Source of the DNA: Botryllus schlosseri
Lineage: Eukaryota
NCBI GenBank assembly: GCA_051294905.1
Contig: CM119372.1
Location: 29,576,001-29,640,000 of the forward strand
DNA length: 64,000 nucleotides
Direction of reading: 5' to 3'
Shown piece after piece: positions 23,790-35,064 of the stretch. The notes below the pieces were generated by a model. That model had not been told where the DNA came from and did not search any database. It saw only the letters and a program-made list of their open reading frames with translations. Numbering within the stretch: position 1 is the stretch's first letter; each line of letters begins with the position of its first letter. Both the position numbers and the translations under genes were made by a program.

Positions 23790-26700
23790 CATAGTAACGT
23801 AGTAAAACGCATAACAGAATTCACGCAAAAGTCGATATTGCTTTGTGATGATTTTGATGTTGCTCCATACCGATTGGGAAGATAGCAAACCTAATTTCGT
23901 AACTACATAATCCCTAGTAACGTAGCCAGACGCATAACAGAATTTACGCAAAATCGGTGTTGCTCTGGGATAATTTTGATCACTATGTTTTGATAATGAC
24001 TTGCTTCCGAGAAATAAATAACATTCATTATACGTTAGATGATACTTTTCCTTGATATTCTATTATGTGTATTTAGGGCTAATGCGACATCACTATGTTG
24101 GCGACAGGCCTGATTTGAACACACTAATTTGCGAATTAAACTTATCACCCACCACGGACACTCAATGAAGAGCACCCTGGAGCACTCACATAAATGCTCA
24201 ACAATCCTTGACATATAATATACTGATCATATAATAAGCTTACAAAACTTATACTTGAGTACTCCGAAATGTACAAGTACTTTACCTTTACACGACGTTT
24301 TTGTAAAATGAATACTAATTTTATTGAAAAATAAAAATTATCCCCCAACACGGACACTCAATGAAGAGCACCCTGAAGCATCCACGTAAAATGCTATACA
24401 ATTCTTGACATATAATATACTGGTGATGATATTAATTAACTCGTGTTTTCAACAGTATAGGGCAAGCATCAGGCAAAACTTATACTTGAGAACTCCGAAA
24501 TGTACAAGTACTTTACCTTTACACGACGTTTTTGTAAAATGATACTTTAAAATGAAGATTACACAAGTACTTCTCCACGAAGTACGAAAAATTCGATAAC
24601 ATACAAATACCACAAATTGCGCTAGCCTTCAGAGTTGATAAGTTTAATTCTTGTAACAAAGATATATGTGCACAATTTACGTTTATCGTAAGTCCTGCAC
24701 GTTCATGATTTCGTCCGAGTTTGAGTTTTAGAAAATAATATACCGACATCGCGACATCCTTCAAAAACAAAAACAACGGTCACCGCTTGAGAGACCTATC
24801 AAACGCAGGTGTAGGACATTATGACAATGGAACATATCAAATTTCATCACACATTTCATGATGGAACACCTTTAAAACTAACGCAGCTCTATACCGTCTT
24901 CGCGTGAATCTGTTTTGCGGGAGCGTATAGCACGTTGCTATGCGTACTCAACTTTAATGACGGAATTACAGATGTAATTAAGTTTCAGCACTTTTACAAT
25001 GATTCGTCTTGCTTCCTATAAAATCCCACTCGAAGCCCTCGTTATTAGGCTGTGATCTCAGTCCGAGCTATGTCTTGAAGCCTACGGAACTCTGCAAATT
25101 GTTTCGATTTATTCTGCCCGTTTTAATTTAAGATAAGGAAGTCCATTTTACTCAATTCATCGATGCCTACGGTACTCTACAAAATTTTCTGATTACTTCT
25201 CTCTATGTTAATTTATCATAAGAAAGATGATTCGAATCCTAAAGTACGAAATACTTGTTCGCTTGAGGTAAGCCGCAGCGCTTGGAGGGGAAGTTTACGA
25301 GGTATGTGGACTCATTTCGAAGGGCTCTATGCCATACGTGCATACTTTTACGCTCCAATTCGATTCCCACACATTCCATATAATTACTAACAGAACCATT
25401 GAGTACCAGCCTTGAAATTTCGCATAGTACTAGATGGCAAGTATACAATTTCATGACATCCGACAGTACGAAGGAGACTATCAAAATATCGAAAGAAGTC
25501 CTCTATACTTTTCTGAAATAATCAAGGTTTTATCAGGACTCCCTTCATATAAACTCCAGCAGAATCACCAATAACCTCTCAAGTTTACTCAATTAACTCT
25601 AATTTGATACTCGAGAACTAAATCCCTATTTTCTGCAAGTATGATAGAGGCTATCGCTCAATACTCAACGATTCGTAATTTTGCCGGAATACAAGTGCAA
25701 TTAGGGATTTAAAAGTAACTAATATAGGTGGTTATGTTTGTGGATTATTTACACTCCTACTTATCGGTTTTCAGGAGAAACTACCTACTTTTAGGACTCT
25801 ATATTTTAAAGTAGTTTGAGGTTACGTTTGTATCACCTTGACAAGTGCTATTATCAAAAACAGCTTTTACTAAACTCTTACACTTTCACTAAATGTCTAC
25901 ACTGAATATTGTAAAGTAGATAGTAAAGGAAATGTATTAACATAAGGTAAGCGAGAAGCGTGCAAATTTCGATTGCATACAAATACCACAAACTGTGCTA
26001 ACTTTCAGAGTTGTTAAGTATAGAAGTACTCGTACTTCTTGAGAGTACCCAAGTAGGTTTTTTGCCTACATGTACCAAATACTCTCAAGTCCTTATGATA
26101 TTGGAGTACATCAACTTCATGATAACTACAGTATTAAACATAAATATACCTAGAGTACTAACGTTTTACTTACTCGGAAATGACTACTTCTACCTTATTT
26201 TAAAGGATTCCTCGCTCGAAGCGAAATTTTATGTGGTTTTTGGATAATATCCAAGATGTAGGCTCACTTTGAAGGGTATTTCGTACAACTCAATTATTGC
26301 GCAGTGAGAGTTTGCAAATTCTCGATGTATTTTTGTTATTTTTATTGCTATAAGTCATTCTGCAGCGCGAAAATGCGTCGTAGGATTTATATGAAACTGG
26401 CACCACTCATCAAGACCACCGAAAACAGTACATTTCAACATTTAGTAGCAGTAAATTGCTAGTAAAGTACAAGAAGTGATGATTTCCGAGTGAGTTAAAA
26501 AGTAAGTACTGAAGGTATAGTCTACCAGAAGACCGAAAACTCCGAAATAGAAGTAGATGCAGTGTAAATAGGTAATCACTTGATTAAGTATAGTGCAACC
26601 AGATAAAACCTATACTTGAGTACTACAAAATGCACGAGTACTTTGATGTCGACTCCCTCCGCGTAAAAGTGACTACGGGTTGAGAATACTTTTACCGATA

Positions 26701-27115
26701 CTCGACAGTTTATGTTTTAGGTAAAATTCGCAAACCAAGTAATTTCATAAACAAAAGCTAATTAAATGAATTCACTCGAATGTACTATGCCGCGCTGATA
26801 AGATTAATTATAATATACTTATCATGTTACAGTGTTTTTTCTAGCGGAGAAAATCTTTAAAATGTAGTAAGCAGGCCGATATGAAGTTATTCGTTGAGCT
26901 GAATAAACATGAAAAATACTCCCGCGCCCCGAAATTTATGTATAATCTGAATTATATTTTCTGGGGAAAGTATTATCAAACGTATAATGAATGTTATTTA
27001 TTTTTGGAATATTAGTCCCAAATACACATAATAGAATATCTAAGGAAAGTATCATCTAACGAAGTTTCATAATAAACATGAAAATACCTGGTGTCGTTGA
27101 GTTGAATAAACATAA

Positions 27116-27191
27116 AAAATATTCCCGCGCCCACCTAAACCTAACTCTCTAACTCTTCCTAACCCTACAACCAGGGGCGCGGGAATATTTT
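27116..27191. repeat. 17-bp perfect stem with a C-rich (ctaacc-like) loop at the inner edge of the right arm
   Basis: aaaatattcccgcgccc...gggcgcgggaatatttt. Confidence 0.8.
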
Positions 27192-28282
27192 ACATATATT
27201 ACGAATATAAAGTCATCGTGGAAATGTGTTTATTGCTCTGAACAGATGATTGGTGTTATATTTACGAGCTATAGGGGGTGTTGCGAGAATTATTTAGCGA
27301 GATGGAAGTGGTTGCGAATTCTCCCCAGTAACTATTAGAACTATTTTAGTTAGAAACCGAGAACACAGGGTCAATATTGAAAAATGCTTAGTTACTAACT
27401 CTGAAAGCAAGCAAAGTTTGTTGTCAATATTCAACGAAAATCCGGCCATATAATCGTGCGCGGGTCCCATTGTTGAAATTGAATTGATCAGCGTGACGTT
27501 ATACATACTGCGCTGTATCGAAAGCATCAATGCCAGTTGAATATCGTCGAATGGCTGTCTATAATGTTAATGACATACAAGAGTCCTAGTTATCTAAGCT
27601 GCGGATTTGCATAGTTGCTTGTTGATATATATGGATACAAGAATGGAACTCGTGAAGCGACATCGAAACATCAAGCGATCTGAAGGATTTCAGCAAGTGA
27701 ATCGATGCAATGACGCACAATGATATCATTGATATATAATGCTCTTTTTCGAAATAAATGAACTCGTACACTATACAATGCTATTTCAATTAGACTGAGT
27801 AAGTGTCAGCTAAAGTATAAGACGTGAAAAAAAAGGTCAGCACTGAATCGTTATATTATGGGAATCGATCCGACTTCTCGGAATCGTAAATAAATGAAAG
27901 TATCGACAGACAACAAGTTAATTGAAAAGTACAACTAATCTCAGTAAAGTAAAACTAAGTTCCGATACACTATAGTTCAATTTTTTTTAATTAATAATCC
28001 GCATGAGTCAAGATGTCGTTAAGTAAATCATTTTTTAGGTATTAATCATCACCGCGTGATTGTACTCGTGGCATTCTTACTAACATTCTAATTATTGATA
28101 ACACGTACCAGGAACGGATATGAGCTACGTGCCTTTTTCTGTGAGCAGTCGACGTTCTATTTTCCGTGATACGACCTAGGGGGCCTATCATTCGATCGGT
28201 GCCAAGCACATACTTCAACGGTGCATAGCTCAATATCTGTATAAAGCATACTGATCATGAGAGTATATCAATTCGGATAGCA

Positions 28283-28866
28283 ATGTCGAACATTGATCAA
28301 AGCGATTCGCTACCTAAGCGTATAGTGTGGACCCTACAAATTACGCTACATTCAACTGCGCTTGCATCGGTACCACAAGTAGCATAGAAATAAGCGGAGA
28401 TGAAACTCGGATGGGTCCCATTGAACAGTACCAAGCTATGATAAAGAACAGAGGGGAAAAGATTTAGGAATGCTATGCGGAGCATAGAGATGTAACTGTC
28501 TCCCAGTTGAATGATCCCGTTTTCTATAACATGACACGCTATGCTCGTAGACTAAGCACATTCATGCGGTGGCCGGATAACATCAATACCTCCGGAGCCG
28601 AGCTCGCAGACTACGGATTGTTCTATTTGGGCTATAAGGGTCATTTAAAGTGTTTCTCGTGCGGAGGGCTGTTTCAAAATTGGTTGCCGTGCGATGACCC
28701 CTGGCTCGAGCATGCAAAGTTTTATCCTACGTTTCCTTTTCTCATCAAGCGGAAGGGGTTGCAATATATTCGTAATGTCTGTTATGCGACACCTAACATA
28801 AGAAGAGGCTCGACTAAATTTGATGGCGAGGTGGAATTGCGTGATGACTGTTGTACTTATGTTTGA
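28283..28866 (+). pseudogene. BIR-domain (IAP-like) gene, right-arm copy, disabled upstream of the BIR
   Basis: Keeps ATG at 28283 but has 2 extra nt near 28321 and TAG at 28465 (TAT in the left copy). The BIR-coding part stays open. Confidence 0.85.
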
Positions 28867-28882
28867 TATTTCTTTTCAAAGA

Positions 28883-29365
28883 ATGAGTCTAGCAATCCGA
28901 AGAGATACTATTCTGCCCCACGGGCTCTATCGAAAAGACTTGTATCATTTTAATGACATCACAAAATTACGTATCGAAGCCTCGAATGGAGCAGAAGTGA
29001 CCTCGGATCAACTCTTTGTACATTCCACAAGCGGGATCATTCAGAAATATCGAGCCACTCTGAAGCATGAAGGAGGTTTGGTCGTTACGTATACTCGCGA
29101 CGGGATCGAGCATTATCAACCTCTGAATCCGGCTGACGAATTCGTCATCTATTCGCCCAGCGTAGTTGTTCCTAATCCCGACCTTCCGCTCGTATCGTAT
29201 GTACTACAAGCCAGTGATCGCTACATCAAACAAAACGGTCAGATCGAACGCAAGAACTCGGATCGCAGTGTCGGATGGCAGCAAAGCGGTGTACCTCGAA
29301 ACATCAACCGATCTGGAGGATTTCAGCAAGTGAATCGACGCAATAACGATAAACGATATCATTGA
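28883..29365 (+). CDS. Unknown 160-aa intronless ORF2, right-arm copy
   Basis: ATG 16 nt after the BIR stop; open in both arms; AATAAA at about 29382. No family recognised. Confidence 0.6.
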   Translation: MSLAIRRDTILPHGLYRKDLYHFNDITKLRIEASNGAEVTSDQLFVHSTSGIIQKYRATLKHEGGLVVTYTRDGIEHYQPLNPADEFVIYSPSVVVPNPDLPLVSYVLQASDRYIKQNGQIERKNSDRSVGWQQSGVPRNINRSGGFQQVNRRNNDKRYH

Positions 29366-29888
29366 TATGCTCTTTTTTCGAAATAAAATGAACTCTTACA
29401 CTATGCAATGCTATTTCAATGAGACTGAGTAAAGTGTTAGAAGATATGAAAAGCGCTGAATCGTATGAAATGCGGTGACTACAGGGATCGAACCTACAAC
29501 CTAGAGCAAGATAGTTGATTGATTCCTCTGTGATGACGTTATGAAATCTACTTCAACGTTTAGTGTATTACGCGAGAATTCATATTCTCAAAAAACAGCT
29601 CAGTACGCATAGTCATGATTCGATGATGTGGCAATGGATGGATGATGTGGCACTATAGGTGTGGCGCTTGATGATGTGGCACAGATGACGTGACAGATGA
29701 TGTGGCAGTGAGCGCGGCTGATGATGTGGCAATGCACGTCATGTAGGTGCGGCAATGGGCGGATGATGTGGCAAGGGGCGTCCTATAGGTGCGGCAATGG
29801 GTGGATGATGTGGCAATGTAGGCGTGGCAATTAGGGCGGCGTGGCCTTCTCTGATTGGCCGGCAACAAATGATTCAATCCTCACTACT

Positions 29889-30500
29889 AAGATCGCCTCA
29901 CAGAGCTCGCAATTGAAACACCAATGGTCAGATAAAGTTTTAGACACGAGCATAAATATGGTGTCGAATCAAGTAGCATTGCATTAACTAAACACTGTAA
30001 AACATCAAACGCTTTTGCACTACGATCAAACTTGGCTTCACTGCTCCGCACCAGCCTCTTACCCTTTCAAAATCTCAAGTTGAACAACTTCATATGATCA
30101 TATTTTAATTTGTGTCCGTTCTAGAGGCCTCATATTGATTTGTACGAAAAGCCAGCAATATTCTGATTCATACGATTCGAAGGTATAAGGCATGACAATT
30201 TTCGCAGCTAACTCCAAAAAGTCCACCTCGTTGTCATAAGTGCTTCTAAAAGCGCTGGTGAATAAATTGTGACTTTCGCTTTGCCGCAGTGCGTGGGAAT
30301 TCAAAAATCCAAACATATCATTCAAGTGGTGTATGCCGGTAAACCTAGTTTCAGCTTCAAGTTTAAATCTGTCCAAAGCTTGAAACATGCATCGTCTAAC
30401 TTCTTCAACAACACTGAGGCCAGTATCTTCTGATTGTTCGCCAGCATTCTCCTTTTTCTGCGAACTCTCCGAACAATCAGCACTGGCGGCTATTTCGGAG
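29889..30500 (-). pseudogene. hAT transposase fragment (proximal half of the host element)
   Basis: KKENAGEQSEDTGLS..EEVRRCMFQALDRF..RF..LNDMFGFL, and PYLCSCLKLYLTIGVSIAS..RS directly abutting the insertion. Confidence 0.85.
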
Positions 30501-30654
30501 TGGTTCCATCGCCATGTTAACATATTAATTCTTGTTTTCGGAATCAGCGCGACACTAGCTTTCGATTGACACCCGCTTGATTAAATTTTAGCTCACGGGA
30601 CGCCAGCTATAGGACCACCAATTAACGCTTCTTTTAGCCGGCTGTGTACCCTGT

Positions 30655-30920
30655 GCCGAGCGAGATAGTGTATAATGGTGATGCGTCCGGCTTCTTGATC
30701 GGTAGGTCGTGGGTTCGATCCCCGGCCGGGTCAGACCAAAGACTCGAAAACTGGTTTCCGCGGTTATCCCGCTAGGCGCTCAACAAGGACAGAGGGAAAA
30801 CGGGGGTGCAGACTAGATGACCTTGTTATTAAAAAAGTCCGTATCGCATCTCCGTCGTCAAAGCATCTCGATGGTGCAGGCAAAAAAGAATACCATATAT
30901 CTCTCTCTCTCTCTCTCTCT
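30655..30920 (+). mobile_element. tRNA-derived SINE with (CT)n tail
   Basis: A-box-like tagtgtataatgg, B box ggttcgatcc, a non-tRNA body (cagaccaaagact...) and a CT microsatellite tail. Confidence 0.8.
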
Positions 30921-33900
30921 CACTGTGCAGCCACATTTGCCGCCCCCTTGGAGACTTCCGCCCCTGGCGCAGAGCCAGAACCGCCAAGTGGCTGGGCCAC
31001 TGGGCCTACCAATGTAGAATATGGTACTGTAAACAGTTGTCGATCATTAAATTCTGTACGCGTTGTACGAGCTTACCTCGATTTTATGAGGGGGGCCCCT
31101 CCTACATTTACGCAATTTATAGTTATCATATTGCGAGTAACCATGGATATCCATGCACCAATGTGGAATATGTTGTCGTAAAGAGGGGTCGAAGATCAAA
31201 TGTTTGCACCGATTAGAAGTGCATGCTTTGTTTTGAGTACCATACTCTATTCATTTTGTAATAAGATGAAAATCTTCTAAATGCTCTTGAAGGCGACCCG
31301 GTTTATTAACATGCTTTGAGTACCCCTCCCAGAATCCTTGCAGATTTTGGTATCGCATTATTCACTCACCAAGTATTCACATAATTTTGAAGACCCGGCT
31401 GCTACTCCTTTTCTTCTAATTTCTATTTAGGAGAGATTTGTGCTAGAGACGCGATCGCATCCGCTAACGTGAAATTTTGTCGTGAATGATTATCACTTTC
31501 ATGATATTTTCAAATATTATTCTACACCTTTTTTCTCAGTGCTTTAAAATTACAATAACATTAAAACTACTACAGTGTATTCAGTAAGTATATATTTTCA
31601 GTGACCGGTGCATCTCATTCATTTTCAGTAATAGGCTAACTCCATGGCAGTAGCCCTAAAACAAATTAATGGTTTATTTTAGTTTTTAGATTTGACAGAA
31701 ATTTGGATCAAGCGATTTTGAAATATATCCGAGTAGCCTACATCACAATTTCAAGTTTTTAAATTCAATATCCAGCTTTTCAAGTTGGCGCATGATAAAA
31801 AAAACAAGCTTTTCCGGCTCATTCAATCGCAATATTGATAGAATTTAAGGTAGGTCCGTACATAGCTATCTTGTAGAAGTTGATCTAATACATCATTCAA
31901 GTTACAATTTAGCTTTTTGTGTACTGCACTCAACTTTAAAGTCATTGCTAATGAAAATCATTGGAGTATCCCTCTTATTTGTGTCAAATTAAAAATTTTC
32001 ATCTCTAGTCATGATATGGAAGCTATTTGCTGAAAAATGAGTTTTTATTGAATATATAGGCTAATTTCAAAGTTGTGACAGCAATGTAGCCTAAATTGTA
32101 GGCCGAAGTTGGAGATTAGGATAATGTTTAGTTCCTCTTGAAACAGGCGTTCGCAATCTTTGTGTGGACAGTGTTGCGCCACCAATATTTGAATTTGACG
32201 CTGTATATGACTTGAATTTGAAAATTATTATGTACCTGGTTCTGAGCCCTCACCTCATTTTATTGTCAGGTTCAAGAGCTTCTTCTATTCTATCTTTAGA
32301 CATTTAGACGAGGTGGTCTAGCTAAGCTGTTTTATGACCGGTACCATTGCAAGCATTCAATGTAAAATTTACCATAAACATGAAACTATGTCTTGGTTAG
32401 GTCACTTCTGGGACAAATGGTGATTTGTAATATACCGGTATTTGTTCTTTTCTGTAGGTACTTTTGCTGTGTTAGCTGTTACGCATTAATAATTTTTCTT
32501 TCTTTGTAGAAATACAGTCCAAGAGTTATTCCCTGTTGAGTGATCCTGTAATAATTCTTGATGACCATAAACTCCTCTTGGTTGAGTCATCTTGTCAAAG
32601 AAGGGAAGTCATTGTTGTTTGTTGTTGTTTTGAGTATTCATGAATCATATTGTCCCGACTGCTTTGGTAAGTTTACACCTGGCCAATGTCATTTTGTACC
32701 CGCATGATAGTTTTCAGTTTCCAGTTCTTTTTTACTTTTGGTGTCATATTTCCTTATCATCATTTTGATTTCTACTTTTTTGAAGTACTAAATGCATCAA
32801 TTCAATTGTCCGGTCATAGTAGTTTCTTCATTCATTGGAAGTTTCAATTCTATGTTCGTGTGCTATCGAATTCATGGTTTGGTCACCTTAGTGATCGATT
32901 AGCTCTTGGTCTTATTCAGGGCTGTAATTGAGTCAAATGTCAATCCTATTTTTATATTTTGATCTGAGCCAAGTCGAGTCACCAAAATATCACGACTCGA
33001 GTCATTACAATCCTGTCATCGTTTCCTTGAAATAGTTACATACAGCATAAACATTCCATAAATCTTGACAGAGTATGTAGACATGCAATATATGTAATAG
33101 TTGTATTGAGAGGAGTGGGGGGGTCTTGGGGGCGGAGCCCCCCAGAAGCTGCGTTTATAGATATATCGGGGGGCTGGAGGTTTTGCCCAGTACCCCTCCC
33201 CCCTCTCAATCCTAGGGCCACTACTGCTGATAGGTATTCTCATGAGCGATCGTGCGTTGTCACCACAACGCAACCTATGCCTGAAACACCACCTCATGAC
33301 CGCAACCTATACCTGAAAGGCCATCACCACCACAGCCTATACCTGAAAAATCACCTCATGACCACAGCCTATACTTGAAACACCACCTCATCGCCCGGGT
33401 TTTCAGAAAATAGCACACCACCTCACCGCTCCGCCCATAAGAGCCGCAGACACTGGTTCAGCGATCATATACACTACTCCAGTGGTTCCAGTCAGATCAA
33501 CTGTTGTTTGTGGTAGGCTTGTAAATAGTTGATATAAATGCTTACTTTCTTTTTCCGTGGCCTGAAATTTCAGATTGACGACAGTGAACAGTGTGATACT
33601 TGTCAAGTTATTTGAGCTCTGAACGTAATGCTTACTACCTGTCCGTTGATATTTGTAATGCTAAACTGCGGACGAGTGTCGTTACCCCTTACCGAATTTT
33701 GGCGTGTTGTGGTTATGACTTTGACATCTTTTGTTGGTACAAGGCGCCGACTTACGCGGTTACGAGGTGGCGACCACCTCGTACACAATGCTCAAATGCG
33801 CAGGTGATGATTTGTGACCAGTAATTAGTAATCAGGCGAATCGATGCGACCTCGTTAGAGACGTCTTCGATTTCGATACGCGCGTGTGCCAGGCCCGTAG

Positions 33901-35064
33901 ACACGGAGGTTTCGTGGGTCGAACCGCCCTATTTGAAACGCGAAACCCCGTCATTCTGAAATGATTATTTCATTTGCAATTTAATAATTGTGCAATTCAG
34001 TGTTCCACGCGGTCGATTTATGAGAACGAGAAGAGTCTGTGATGATATCCCGCTGAGATGGTCGCGAAAGTAGGTCATTCATTCCCGTGCGCGTGGCAAT
34101 CGTCGCTAGCCTGATTTATGGCGTCTCAAACAAGCCTGGTTCCACTGGCTTGAATTGGACAGTGAATAATCGCATCTGCAATAGGCCCAGTTCACACTAT
34201 ATCATCGCTTACCTGCGTAATCGCATCTGCATTGGCAACTTCGGCGTGGTAAGCACGATATCATCGCTAGCCTACATAATAACATCTGCAATAGGCCTGG
34301 TGCAAAAGACATCACTACTGGCCTAGTATGCATTGGTGCAGCGGTTTGGAGACGATGCTGTCGAGTTTACGCTGATTAGTGATTGATTTATGTCATATTG
34401 ATTAGAGAGCGACATCGCGAAACTGAATAATATTAAATCGCTGGACAAACAGACTTTAACGTGCGTAATTGATTTCCGCTGGTACTCCAACGTAACGATC
34501 TTAAGATGTGTATCTTGGCTTGAGTTCTAAAAGACGGTCAAGGTCTGAACCACCTGAAATCGGTGCCATCAAGTTCGGACATTTTGTTTTGCGAAATCTT
34601 TCGCTGAGGCTGCGTAATACACGCGCGTATTCGATTGTTCACCACAGATCAGGGACTCGCTAATTGATAGCACTTCTGGACTCTTTGACAAACTTATCAT
34701 ACGCCGAAAATCGTCCACACGAAGAGATTATATGATAGTCATTTAGACATGAGCTTAACCCTAATTGCATTGATGCTATATTGGTAAATTTGAAAACAAT
34801 CCTGGCCCTCTAATTTTCCGACGTGCTGCGCGACTAGCCTGTGCTGAGAAGCACCATCCTAGATCTCCTCTCCCGACCAGACATGGGGTAATCACGATTA
34901 GTAATCGTAATCGATTACGACGATTACAGCATTTTCAAGTAATCGTAATCGCAATCGATTACATTCGAAAAAATCCCGAAGTAATCGTAATCTTAACCGA
35001 CTACTTCCCATATCTAATCGATTTCTTTGTGAAAGAACGATTACTTTTTATTTGTACAAGGACT

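Larger units (their letters stand above)
12649..29888. mobile_element. Maverick/Polinton-like non-autonomous element with about 2.7-kb gene-bearing inverted arms
   Basis: Starts agtagtgagg and ends cctcactact. Left arm 12649-21009 (minus two later insertions) is the reverse complement of 27195-29888. The flanks join into one hAT transposase motif. No clean 6-bp TSD and no core Polinton genes seen, so the family label is inferred. Confidence 0.7.

Noticed and set aside
21010..27194. Polinton core genes (pPolB, integrase, ATPase, protease, capsid)
   Set aside because: No long ORF or recognisable motif seen. Highly decayed remnants cannot be excluded without a profile search.
12643..29894. 6-bp Polinton-type TSD
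   Set aside because: Flanks are tatctc and aagatc, which do not match. The TSD is not claimed, and this lowers confidence in the Polinton label.
30655..30730. tRNA gene
   Set aside because: A and B boxes are present but there is no convincing cloverleaf, and a SINE body and tail follow. The same applies to 44130-44204.
31010..33000. Possible host exons in an AT-rich stretch (acceptor-like sites near 32457 and 32509)
   Set aside because: No consistent exon chain or recognisable product could be built.
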